Origin: an uncultured Erysipelotrichaceae bacterium
Lineage (GTDB): Bacteria; Bacillota_I; Bacilli_A; Erysipelotrichales; Erysipelotrichaceae
Direction of reading: 5' to 3'
DNA length: 16,176 bases
NCBI GenBank assembly: GCA_964457525.1
Contig: CAYWGS010000024.1
Span: 2,005-18,180, forward strand
Both the position numbers and the translations under genes were made by a program. How positions within the stretch are numbered: position 1 is the first letter of the stretch; the number at the start of each line of letters is the position of its first letter. A model generated the notes under the pieces. The model searched no databases and was not told where the DNA came from. It saw nothing but the letters and a program-made list of their open reading frames with translations. This document shows positions 1-7,105 of this stretch, one piece after another.

Positions 1-410
1 GTTTTTAAACTTTGTGCAAATTGAAGAACACATATATCGGTACAACATCCAACAATCGTTACTGATTCTAAGTCTGGGTTATTTTTTAGATACGTTTGAA
101 ATCCTTCCGCAAAGAAACCATTTGTCGAATCTTTCTCAATCTTAATCATACGTGATTCAAATGGTTTGAGTTCAGGTATTAATTCACTTTCACGTGTTCC
201 TTTTAAACAATGTGGAGGATAGAAATCAAACTCAAGTGATGACATCGTATGTGTATCTTGAAATGATAAGACATCTTTATTCTCGGTTAAGAAATGTTCT
301 ACAATCTTAACGGTTTCTGGCACAATCTTATTTATACTCGGATCACTTAGTACCCCTTCATTAATAAATCCATTAATCATATCTACAACAACACAGATTT
401 CTTTTTTCAT
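1..410 (-). CDS. isochorismatase-family cysteine hydrolase (nicotinamidase/PncA-like), 5' partial; C-terminus lies beyond the window start
   Basis: Absent from the ORF track because it runs off the edge. Hand translation from ATG at 410..408 gives MKKEICVVVDMINGFINEGVLSDPS...YPPHCLKGTRESELIPEL...IKIEKDSTNGFFAEGF...SVTIVGCCTDICVLQFAQSLK with no stops. The Asp (VVVDM), Lys (EKDSTNGF) and Cys (GCCTDICV) arrangement is typical of the isochorismatase-like hydrolase fold. SD AGGAGGA at 414..420. Confidence 0.85.
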   Translation of the reverse strand, partial: MKKEICVVVDMINGFINEGVLSDPSINKIVPETVKIVEHFLTENKDVLSFQDTHTMSSLEFDFYPPHCLKGTRESELIPELKPFESRMIKIEKDSTNGFFAEGFQTYLKNNPDLESVTIVGCCTDICVLQFAQSLK

Positions 411-464
411 GCGTCCTCCTATTATTTATTCTTTTTCTTGTTTAATATTGTACACGAATAGTGA

Positions 465-511
465 TATAAAAAATGATTCTGTTAAGAAAACTTCTTCATA
501 ACAGAATCATT
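465..511 (-). terminator. rho-independent terminator downstream of the 442-aa membrane protein gene
   Basis: Perfect inverted repeat atgattctgtta (473..484) / taacagaatcat (499..510), extendable by one A-T pair (472/511). On the minus strand it is followed by TTTTTTATAT. It starts 4 nt after the TAA stop at 515..517. Confidence 0.75.
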
Positions 512-514
512 AGT

Positions 515-1843
515 TTATTGTTTATCTAAATATTGATTAACTCCAAGTAAGATAATCGTTGAAATACTAAGAACAATAATACTATTAAGTAAAGTAATTG
601 ATGATGATCCACCGTTTAATAGAATCATGTTCATTCCACTATATGGATTGAACTTAGTGAAGATTGCATTAGGATCAATTTGTGATAAGAACACTCCTAA
701 TACACAGATTATTAATGTTATTCCAGTCGCAAATAACTTACTCTTGATAATACGATTTATGAGTAAGATAATCGACGAAATAAATCCTAAATTAAACAAG
801 AAGAGAATAAACGTTAATCCATAGAATTGCATTAATGGCATAAAACCAAGTAAAGCACTCATCTCTCCAGATCCTCTCGGATAGGAAGAGAAATAACTTA
901 AACCAATCGCAAAATTACCACCATTTCCCAAGAAATCATATTTAAGATTATTCTCTATACCTACAAAGCTCTTCCAACTCATTGAATTAACTAAAACCGG
1001 TAAATTCAATGAACTTGCACCTTTAAATAATGAAAGAATGATTGAAATAAGTACAAGTGGGATTAATACAACAATTAGAGTATTACCTATTGATAATATA
1101 TATTGAGCTATAAATCCTTTATTGGAATGATTATTTTTCTTATCATCCAAGATACCACTATTTAAAGCAATATGTAATACAAAGAGTATGAACCAGAACT
1201 GTGCAAAGAAGTGATAGATAAAAGTCGAGCCATTCATCGTATATCGATTGACTGGTTGAGTGAATACTTCATTTTCAACAAGCTGATAGGAATACAATAA
1301 ACGAGTTTTGTAATAGTATCTAAAATCCTTCATCACATTGGTTAAACCATCCGATGAGAACACGAGTTCAGGGTAGTTCATCTTATCTTTTACTTCAGTT
1401 TGTAGATCAATGATTTCAGTTGATTCTTCAATTACTTTCGAGTTACGTTCATGATTAATATCATAAATATAATTACTCACATTCCAGTAATCATAAAAGA
1501 GTTGTTCATTATGATAGGTTTCCCAATCATTTTCAAGAATTGCTCTTTCTTTACGTTGTGTAGATTCCAACAAAAGCATGAGTGTATTCTTGTATTCAAT
1601 TGCGTTAGATACATCAATCTTTCGATTACCCACATTCCCTGACTTGATTCCAATATCAACTATTGTTAAGTCATTGTTTATTGTACTAATTTGTTCACGA
1701 GTTTGATTAAGATAGAAATCATTGTATTCTTTAGATTGATTATTAAAATCCATAATTAAATACATACTTAAGATACTGATTATTCCAATAACAAACCAAG
1801 TCATTTTCTGCTTAAACAATCGTTGTACATTATTTTTTATCAT
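515..1843 (-). CDS. hypothetical multi-pass membrane protein with ABC-2-type-permease-like topology (N-terminal TM, about 170-aa extracytoplasmic domain, C-terminal cluster of TM helices)
   Basis: 442-aa ORF with ATG at 1843..1841 and strong SD GGGAGGGG 6 nt upstream. Hydrophobic segments: WFVIGIISILSMYLIM, then from about residue 205 FIYHFFAQFWFILFVLHIAL, ILSIGNTLIVVLIPLVLISIILSLF, FYGLTFILFLFNLGFISSIILLI, LFATGITLIICVLGVFL and IIVLSISTIILLGV. No family motif recognised by eye, so the function call is topology-based only. Confidence 0.85.
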   Translation of the reverse strand: MIKNNVQRLFKQKMTWFVIGIISILSMYLIMDFNNQSKEYNDFYLNQTREQISTINNDLTIVDIGIKSGNVGNRKIDVSNAIEYKNTLMLLLESTQRKERAILENDWETYHNEQLFYDYWNVSNYIYDINHERNSKVIEESTEIIDLQTEVKDKMNYPELVFSSDGLTNVMKDFRYYYKTRLLYSYQLVENEVFTQPVNRYTMNGSTFIYHFFAQFWFILFVLHIALNSGILDDKKNNHSNKGFIAQYILSIGNTLIVVLIPLVLISIILSLFKGASSLNLPVLVNSMSWKSFVGIENNLKYDFLGNGGNFAIGLSYFSSYPRGSGEMSALLGFMPLMQFYGLTFILFLFNLGFISSIILLINRIIKSKLFATGITLIICVLGVFLSQIDPNAIFTKFNPYSGMNMILLNGGSSSITLLNSIIVLSISTIILLGVNQYLDKQ

Positions 1844-1861
1844 TAATTTCCCCTCCCAAGA

Positions 1862-1902
1862 GAAAATATATAAAAAGAAACATCATAAAAATGAATGTTT
1901 CT
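1862..1902 (-). terminator. intrinsic terminator / possible attenuator hairpin immediately upstream of the 442-aa gene SD
   Basis: Minus strand reads AGAAACAT-TCATTTTTATG-ATGTTTCT (stem 1895..1902 with 1876..1883, plus 3 further pairs across a bulge), followed by TTTTTATATATTTTCT. It lies 133 nt after the EamA stop and only about 18 nt before the next gene's SD. Confidence 0.55.
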
Positions 1903-2035
1903 CATTTAAAGTATTTGAATAGTTTTATAATCCAATCGATTCACGTTACTTCCCCCAAGTAGTGTGGTAATAGACTGAGAAATATACTTATTAGTTACAC
2001 ATTATCATATAAATATGTAGTTGTATATAAATCTT

Positions 2036-2935
2036 TTAAGCTTTGCGTTTAGATAGAGTAAGTATTACAACAGCACCAATAATGAGAATGGATGCAATGA
2101 TTGCCTGAGTACTTAATACTTCACTCGCTAGACTCCAACCAAGAATAAGTGCTACTACCGGGTTTACAAAGGCATAGGTAGAAGCGAGCGTTGGATTAAC
2201 ATTCTTAAATAACCAAATATACGCTGAATACGCAAGAATGGATCCAAACAGAATTAGATAGAACATAGCGAATAGAGATTGAGTTGTTATGTTTGAAACA
2301 TTAAATGATTTATACTCACCTAACAACATGGAAAAGATTAAAAGCAAGAATCCGCCGACTAGCATTTGAAAGGATATGTTATAGAATGAGGATTTTGGCA
2401 TGTTAGCTCGTTTTGAATACAATGAACCGATGGACCATGATAGTGATGCAATAAGAAGTAGTATGATTCCAATCACATCAATATTTGTACTAGAGTTTGA
2501 TCCTTGAAAAACTAATACGATGATACCAGCAAATCCTAAGAATAATCCTACAAACTCTAATAAACTTGGTTTCTTCTTATCACCACTTATCCAATTCAAA
2601 CCACTGATCCATAATGGAACAGATGCGATAATTAAACTAGCGATGGATGATGGTACACGCATTTCGGCATATGCCACAAGTCCATTACCACCTAATAGAA
2701 GGAGTGCGCCAACTAAACCTGCACTTAATATTTCCTTCTTAGTTGGAAACGTTTCTTTCTTAATCAATGCAAAAGTTGATAGAATGATTCCAGCTGTTGT
2801 ATGTCGTATTCCTGCCATGATAAAAGGAGGAAAAGATACGAGAGCAAATTTCATTCCAAGATAGGTTCCACCCCAGAATAGATAAACACAGAAGAATGAG
2901 ATTAGTATAAGCCATTTGTTTTTTTGTGATGCCAT
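2036..2935 (-). CDS. EamA/DMT-superfamily transporter (10-TM drug/metabolite exporter family)
   Basis: Highly hydrophobic ORF with two similar halves, typical of EamA-domain proteins (WGGTYLGMKFAL..., ...SLSWSIGSLYSKR..., ...AYSAYIWLFKNVNPTLASTYAFVNPVVALILGW). The ORF-track start at 2956 is a TTG. The in-frame ATG at 2935..2933 has SD AGAGGAA 7 nt upstream and lies downstream of the predicted promoter, so 2935 is preferred (299 aa). Confidence 0.9.
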   Translation of the reverse strand: MASQKNKWLILISFFCVYLFWGGTYLGMKFALVSFPPFIMAGIRHTTAGIILSTFALIKKETFPTKKEILSAGLVGALLLLGGNGLVAYAEMRVPSSIASLIIASVPLWISGLNWISGDKKKPSLLEFVGLFLGFAGIIVLVFQGSNSSTNIDVIGIILLLIASLSWSIGSLYSKRANMPKSSFYNISFQMLVGGFLLLIFSMLLGEYKSFNVSNITTQSLFAMFYLILFGSILAYSAYIWLFKNVNPTLASTYAFVNPVVALILGWSLASEVLSTQAIIASILIIGAVVILTLSKRKA

Positions 2936-2958
2936 AATATTTCCTCTAAATAACAAAG

Positions 2959-2967
2959 ATTATATCA
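2959..2967 (-). promoter_or_regulatory. extended -10 promoter element (TGATATAAT) for the EamA gene
   Basis: Minus strand reads TGATATAAT (TGn + perfect TATAAT) about 24 nt upstream of ATG 2935, directly after the upstream terminator. No good -35 hexamer (TATTTC at 17-nt spacing). Confidence 0.45.
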
Positions 2968-2980
2968 CTAAAAAGATAGT

Positions 2981-3020
2981 AGAAATAAAAAAGATTATTA
3001 TTCGAATGAACAATAATCTT
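2981..3020 (-). terminator. rho-independent terminator downstream of the DUF2721-like gene
   Basis: Inverted repeat aagattattattc (2991..3003) / gaacaataatctt (3008..3020): 12 pairs, one A-C mismatch, GAAT loop. Minus strand continues TTTTATTTCT. It begins 10 nt after the stop at 3031..3033. Confidence 0.75.
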
Positions 3021-3030
3021 AGTATAAATA

Positions 3031-3423
3031 TTACTTAGAATCAAAATCCTTGAGTTGAATGTTCAACGCGTGAACGGATATCTGCAATTCCATAATCAAT
3101 AAGAATAATGATATCAGTAACATGATAATACTGATTCCAAACGCTATCTTAGCGCTTAAGTCTAAACTAGCAAATAAGAGTAATAAACTTAATACGCTAA
3201 AGAAGAAACTAATTCCTCCAAAGATTTGCATATTACGAATTATACGCATTCTTTTACGTAAGTTTGCTAATTGTTTAAATGTAATTTCACTTGGTTCTTT
3301 TGTGTGTTGAGCATATAGTTCTCGTATAAGATTCGCGATCACCACAAAACGATTGGTATAAGCCAACATCAATAATGAGATCGCTGAGAATAATAAAGTT
3401 GGGGTTTGTAAGGTAAAATCCAT
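3031..3423 (-). CDS. small membrane protein, DUF2721-like
   Basis: About 130 aa with an N-terminal TM ending ...LMLAYTNRFVVIANLIRELY, a basic amphipathic linker (LANLRKRMRIIRNMQ) and two C-terminal TMs, a layout I recall for DUF2721. SD AGGAG is only 2 nt from the ORF-track ATG (3429) but 8 nt from the second in-frame ATG (3423), so 3423 is preferred. Confidence 0.7.
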   Translation of the reverse strand: MDFTLQTPTLLFSAISLLMLAYTNRFVVIANLIRELYAQHTKEPSEITFKQLANLRKRMRIIRNMQIFGGISFFFSVLSLLLLFASLDLSAKIAFGISIIMLLISLFLLIMELQISVHALNIQLKDFDSK

Positions 3424-3535
3424 TGTCATTTCTCCTGAGTTTATAGATTAAAGGATTTTATTGTTTCTTTCAATAAGATTGACTGTAAAGCTCATTGAAT
3501 TTGTGTTAAAGTAGTTAGAAAAAGGAGGAAATCCT

Positions 3536-4345
3536 ATGAAAATTTCATTTATTGGGGCAGGTAAAATGACACATGCCTTTTGTGAAGGTTTAGCTCAATG
3601 TGATTTCTTTAATGAACATCAAGTAACCATTAGTAACACCAGTCAAGGAAAGTTGGATGAGTTAATATCACTTTATCCAATTACAATAACTCAGAATAAT
3701 ATTGAATGTATTAAAGGGGCTGATTTAATAATATTGGCCATAAAGCCCCAACAATACACTTCCGTGATAAAAGAGGTTAAGGAGTATGTTGGTGAGAATA
3801 CAATAATCATTTCTTTAGCTGCAGGAATTAGTTTAGCACAATGCGAAAAATGGTTTGATCATAAAAAGATTATACGATTTATGCCAAATACAGGGATTGC
3901 TAAGAATTCTGGGGCAATCGCATGTACGACTTTGAATTGTTTACAAGAAGAGTTGGATACTGTTGTGGAGTTATTTCAGCCCCTTGGTAATATTTACATC
4001 ATCGATGAATCACATATGAATGCCTACATTGCGGCAAATGGGTCAGGTATTGCGTTTGTGTATGAATTGATGCGTGTTTTCACGAAACAAGCCATATTGT
4101 TCGGTTTGGATGAATCCATCGCACAATCGGTTGTAAAGAACGCATTTAGTGCAGCCAGTCAGATGGTTGATGATACTACAAATATACAATCAATGATTGA
4201 TCAAGTGACCTCAAAAGCAGGGACTACAATTGAAGGGATAAATGTATTAAGAGAATCAGAATTAGAAAGTATTATTCACAAGACCTTTCAAGCAACAATC
4301 CACCGAGCAGAAGAAATAAGTCAATCTTATGAGGGATTAGAATGA
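3536..4345 (+). CDS. proC: pyrroline-5-carboxylate reductase family protein (ProC-like, divergent)
   Basis: N-terminal Rossmann motif ISFIGAGKM, ILAIKPQQ, FMPNTG... and C-terminal VTSKAGTTIEGI, laid out as in P5C reductases. SD AAGGAGGA upstream of ATG 3536. TGA stop overlaps the azlC ATG (ATGA at 4342..4345). Confidence 0.8.
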   Translation: MKISFIGAGKMTHAFCEGLAQCDFFNEHQVTISNTSQGKLDELISLYPITITQNNIECIKGADLIILAIKPQQYTSVIKEVKEYVGENTIIISLAAGISLAQCEKWFDHKKIIRFMPNTGIAKNSGAIACTTLNCLQEELDTVVELFQPLGNIYIIDESHMNAYIAANGSGIAFVYELMRVFTKQAILFGLDESIAQSVVKNAFSAASQMVDDTTNIQSMIDQVTSKAGTTIEGINVLRESELESIIHKTFQATIHRAEEISQSYEGLE

Positions 4346-5022
4346 AATTAAAGGCTCTAAAATCTGCCTTTCCAATCACACTACCCGTATTTACGGGTTA
4401 TTTATTTTTAGGGATTGGTTATGGAATATTAATGAATAAATCGGGATTATCCTTAGCTTTAACCATTGTGATGAGTACACTCGTATTTACAGGGGCAATG
4501 CAGTTTGCGGCTATTCCCTTATTTTTATCCAGTTTTAATCCTATTTCGGTGTTTATTTTATCGATGATGGTTAACCTGAGACACTTGTTCTATGGGATAT
4601 CTTTACTCCCAAAATATAAGAACTTAGGGATAAAGAAATACTTTATGATCTTTTCACTCAGTGATGAGACATTCTCAATTAATGTCGCAAGTACGATAAA
4701 AGAGGATGTTAATCCTGGATGGTTTTATTTCTTTGTTTCTCTCTTGGATTATTTGTATTGGGCGATTGCGAGTGTTATTGGTTTCTTATTAGCTTCTAAG
4801 ATACCTAACAATATAAAAGGAATCGATTTTGTGTTAACTGCATTGTTCTATGTTCTCTTCTTAAATCAATGGGAAGTTAAGCAGAATCGAGTTTATCTAT
4901 TATTAGGATTATTCTGTACGACACTTGCACTAGTTCTTGTTGGAAAGACACAGTTTCTTTTAGTAGCAATGATCCTTTTATTTGGCTGTATTATGATTGA
5001 TTATCAGAGGAGGAAAATATGA
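4342..5022 (+). CDS. azlC: AzlC-family branched-chain amino acid exporter, large subunit
   Basis: 226-aa polytopic membrane protein. N-terminal LKSAFPITLPVFTGYLFLGIGYGILMNKSGLS... matches the AzlC pattern, and it is followed by an AzlD-size partner. ATGA overlaps at both ends. Confidence 0.85.
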   Translation: MKLKALKSAFPITLPVFTGYLFLGIGYGILMNKSGLSLALTIVMSTLVFTGAMQFAAIPLFLSSFNPISVFILSMMVNLRHLFYGISLLPKYKNLGIKKYFMIFSLSDETFSINVASTIKEDVNPGWFYFFVSLLDYLYWAIASVIGFLLASKIPNNIKGIDFVLTALFYVLFLNQWEVKQNRVYLLLGLFCTTLALVLVGKTQFLLVAMILLFGCIMIDYQRRKI

Positions 5023-5333
5023 CATTAGTTCAAGTCAGTATCTATGTTGGAATTATGATGTTTGCCTCTATTACAACACGATTCTTACCTTTTTTCTTCT
5101 TTCCTGAGAATAAACCTTTACCGAATTGGGTGCAGTTTGTTGCGGATCGTTTGCCTTATGCATCTTTGGGGATGATCTTAATCTATGCATTAAAAGATAC
5201 TTCTCTAGATATAGCGGTATCTTATCCTGAAGTTATTGCTCTTATTTGGATTACGATTATACATCTGAAGTACAAACAAACACTCTTGAGTATCTCGACA
5301 TCTGTATTACTGTATTTATTTCTAGTGAATTAA
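5019..5333 (+). CDS. azlD: AzlD-family branched-chain amino acid exporter, small subunit
   Basis: 104-aa protein with about 4 TM helices (ITTRFLPFFFFP...LPYASLGMILIYAL...). ATG overlaps the azlC TGA (ATGA at 5019..5022), the classic azlCD pairing. SD GGAGGAAAA upstream. Confidence 0.85.
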   Translation: MTLVQVSIYVGIMMFASITTRFLPFFFFPENKPLPNWVQFVADRLPYASLGMILIYALKDTSLDIAVSYPEVIALIWITIIHLKYKQTLLSISTSVLLYLFLVN

Positions 5334-5334
5334 A

Positions 5335-5356
5335 AAAGGTGGATTAATCCACCTTT
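5335..5356. terminator. bidirectional terminator hairpin between convergent azlD and ptsI
   Basis: aaaggtgga (5335..5343) / tccaccttt (5348..5356), a 9-bp stem with a 4-nt loop. It has an A6 run on the left (a U-tract for the minus-strand ptsI transcript) and TTTAATGTTTT on the right. The hairpin contains the ptsI stop codon and its last three codons. Confidence 0.6.
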
Positions 5357-7053
5357 AATGTTTTCTTAACTAATTCTAATACTTCTTCTTGGTTGCTCAT
5401 TCCAAGCGCTTTATCAGCCATTTCTTTCATTTCAGCATAGTTTAATGAACGAACCATTTTACGTGCCTGTAGGATACTACTTGCACTCATGGAGAACTCA
5501 TCTAAACCTAAACCTAAGAGTAGAGGTACAGCAAGTTCTTCACCCGCCATTTCTCCACACATACCACACCATTTACCTTCTTTATGAGCACCATCAATGG
5601 TCATCTTAATTAAACGTAAGAGAGATGGGTTATATGGTTGGTATAAGTAAGATACTTTTTCATTCATACGATCTGAAGCCATGGAATATTGGATTAAATC
5701 GTTTGTACCAATTGAGAAGAAGTCAGCTTCTTTCGCAAATTGATCCGCCAATACTGCAGCAGCAGGAATTTCTACCATCATACCAATTTGGTAAGAATCA
5801 GAAACAGCGATTCCTTCAACTTTTAGTTCAGCTTCAGTGTCTTTAACAAATTTCTTAGCAATTCTAAATTCATCTAATGTCGCAATCATTGGGAACATGA
5901 TGCAAAGATTTCCATAAACACTTGCACGTAATAAAGCACGTACTTGAGTTTTAAAGATATCCGTACGATCTAAACATAGACGAATTGCACGGTAACCTAA
6001 GAATGGATTCATTTCGTGTGGGAAAGGTAAGTAACTAAGTTCTTTATCTCCGCCGATATCTAAGGTACGTACAACAGTTGGACGTTTACCCATTTTTTCA
6101 AGGACTGATTTATATGCAACATATTGATCTTCTTCTGTAGGAAGAGATTGTGCATCCATGTATAAGAACTCAGTACGGTATAAACCAACACCTTCGCCAC
6201 CGTTTTCTAATACTTTGTCCGCATCGACTGGTGTACCAATATTGCCTACAAGTTCAACATGGTGAGCATCCGTTGTGACACTATCTGCATCTTTTAATAC
6301 TTTTAAGCTATTCTTTAAATCTGCAAAGCGTTCAGCTTTTAAATTGTAATGTTTTAATTCATCTTCAGTTGGGTTAACAATCACAACACCATCTAAAGCA
6401 TCGAGAACAATAATATCTCCGTGATTTACTTTGTCGAGTAATCCACTAATACCTACAACAGCAGGAATTTCTAAACTACGAGCCATAATCGCACTGTGGG
6501 ATGTTCTACCACCGATAGCAGTTGCGAAACCTTTTGTATAATCTTTATTTAATTGTGCAGTATCGGATGGAGTTAAGTCGTGGGCAACAATCACAACTTC
6601 TTCTTGAATTAAGGATAGATTCGCTAATTCATAACCCATGATATGGCAATTCAAACGATAAGAAACGTCTTTAATATCAGCAGCTCTTTCTCTGAAATAC
6701 GCATCTTCCATCGATTCAAACATATTGATAAACATAGAACTAACTTCTTGACAAGCAAACTCAGCATTTACAGATTCTGATTTAATCATTTCAGTCATTT
6801 GACCTGTGAATTCTGGATCAAAAGTGACCATTAAATGAGCATCAAAAATCGCTAAATCTTCATCCGATAAACGTCCAACAGCTTTTTCTTTAATGGTTTC
6901 AATATCATGTCTTGTTTTCACAAGAGCAGCTTCAAAACGCTCTAATTCCTCATTAACATCCACTGTCTTACGAACAATAGTTAATTGTGGTTGTACAAGC
7001 TTATAAGCTTTTGCAACAACAACACCACTACTCGCCGCAATTCCCTTTAACAT
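5344..7053 (-). CDS. ptsI: phosphoenolpyruvate-protein phosphotransferase (PTS Enzyme I)
   Basis: 569 aa. N-terminal MLKGIAASSGVVVAKAY, phospho-His loop GGRTSHSAIMARSLEIPAV, PEP-binding region FFSIGTNDLIQY and CGEMAG near the C-terminus are all EI hallmarks. SD AAGGAGGA upstream of ATG 7053. Confidence 0.97.
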   Translation of the reverse strand: MLKGIAASSGVVVAKAYKLVQPQLTIVRKTVDVNEELERFEAALVKTRHDIETIKEKAVGRLSDEDLAIFDAHLMVTFDPEFTGQMTEMIKSESVNAEFACQEVSSMFINMFESMEDAYFRERAADIKDVSYRLNCHIMGYELANLSLIQEEVVIVAHDLTPSDTAQLNKDYTKGFATAIGGRTSHSAIMARSLEIPAVVGISGLLDKVNHGDIIVLDALDGVVIVNPTEDELKHYNLKAERFADLKNSLKVLKDADSVTTDAHHVELVGNIGTPVDADKVLENGGEGVGLYRTEFLYMDAQSLPTEEDQYVAYKSVLEKMGKRPTVVRTLDIGGDKELSYLPFPHEMNPFLGYRAIRLCLDRTDIFKTQVRALLRASVYGNLCIMFPMIATLDEFRIAKKFVKDTEAELKVEGIAVSDSYQIGMMVEIPAAAVLADQFAKEADFFSIGTNDLIQYSMASDRMNEKVSYLYQPYNPSLLRLIKMTIDGAHKEGKWCGMCGEMAGEELAVPLLLGLGLDEFSMSASSILQARKMVRSLNYAEMKEMADKALGMSNQEEVLELVKKTLKVD

Positions 7054-7105
7054 TACATTCCTCCTTGGCGTACTTCAAAAGAGTTTTCACTCAATTTTCG
7101 GTATA

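Noticed and set aside
412-464. Promoter for the isochorismatase-family gene (TACAAT preceded by GTG)
   Set aside because: The TG abuts the hexamer directly instead of sitting in the TGn position, and the -35 position falls in the terminator U-tract (ATTTTT). I could not support a call.
627-824. 65-aa plus-strand ORF. The same applies to the other short ORFs in the track: 1451..1642+, 1477..1659-, 2520..2864+, 3122..3310+, 5625..5846+, 8788..9033+, 9999..10205-, 11374..11556+, 12485..12727+, 13214..13564+ and 14186..14368+.
   Set aside because: All lie wholly inside much longer, motif-supported genes, either antisense or in an alternative frame. They have low-complexity or odd compositions typical of shadow ORFs in AT-rich DNA, and I saw no convincing SD for them.
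1843-1905. 20-codon minus-strand ORF (MRNIHFYDVSFYIFSLGRGN) that spans the terminator hairpin and ends in TAATG on the 442-aa gene start
   Set aside because: No SD-like sequence precedes its ATG (ACTTTAAATG). It is probably a by-product of the AT-rich hairpin. The upstream 12-codon ORF with an SD is the better leader-peptide candidate.
3430-3535. Possible T-box or riboswitch leader, or a clear promoter, in the divergent DUF2721/proC intergenic region
   Set aside because: At 106 nt it is too short for a T-box, and I saw no specifier/terminator architecture. TTGACT at 3479..3484 has no acceptable -10 at 16-19 nt, and the only -10-like element is TGTTAAAGT (3504..3512). The evidence is too weak for a feature call.
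7081-7092. GAGT-GAAA-ACTC mini-hairpin followed by TTTTG on the minus strand, a possible terminator between the V-ATPase operon and ptsI
   Set aside because: The stem is only 4 bp, too weak to call an intrinsic terminator. It is kept only as a caveat in the ptsI read-through finding.
7060-7100. cre-like (CcpA) site around GTGAAAACTCTTTTGA upstream of ptsI
   Set aside because: It misses the central CG and the 3' C of the TGNAANCGNWNNCA-type consensus, so this is no better than chance in AT-rich DNA.
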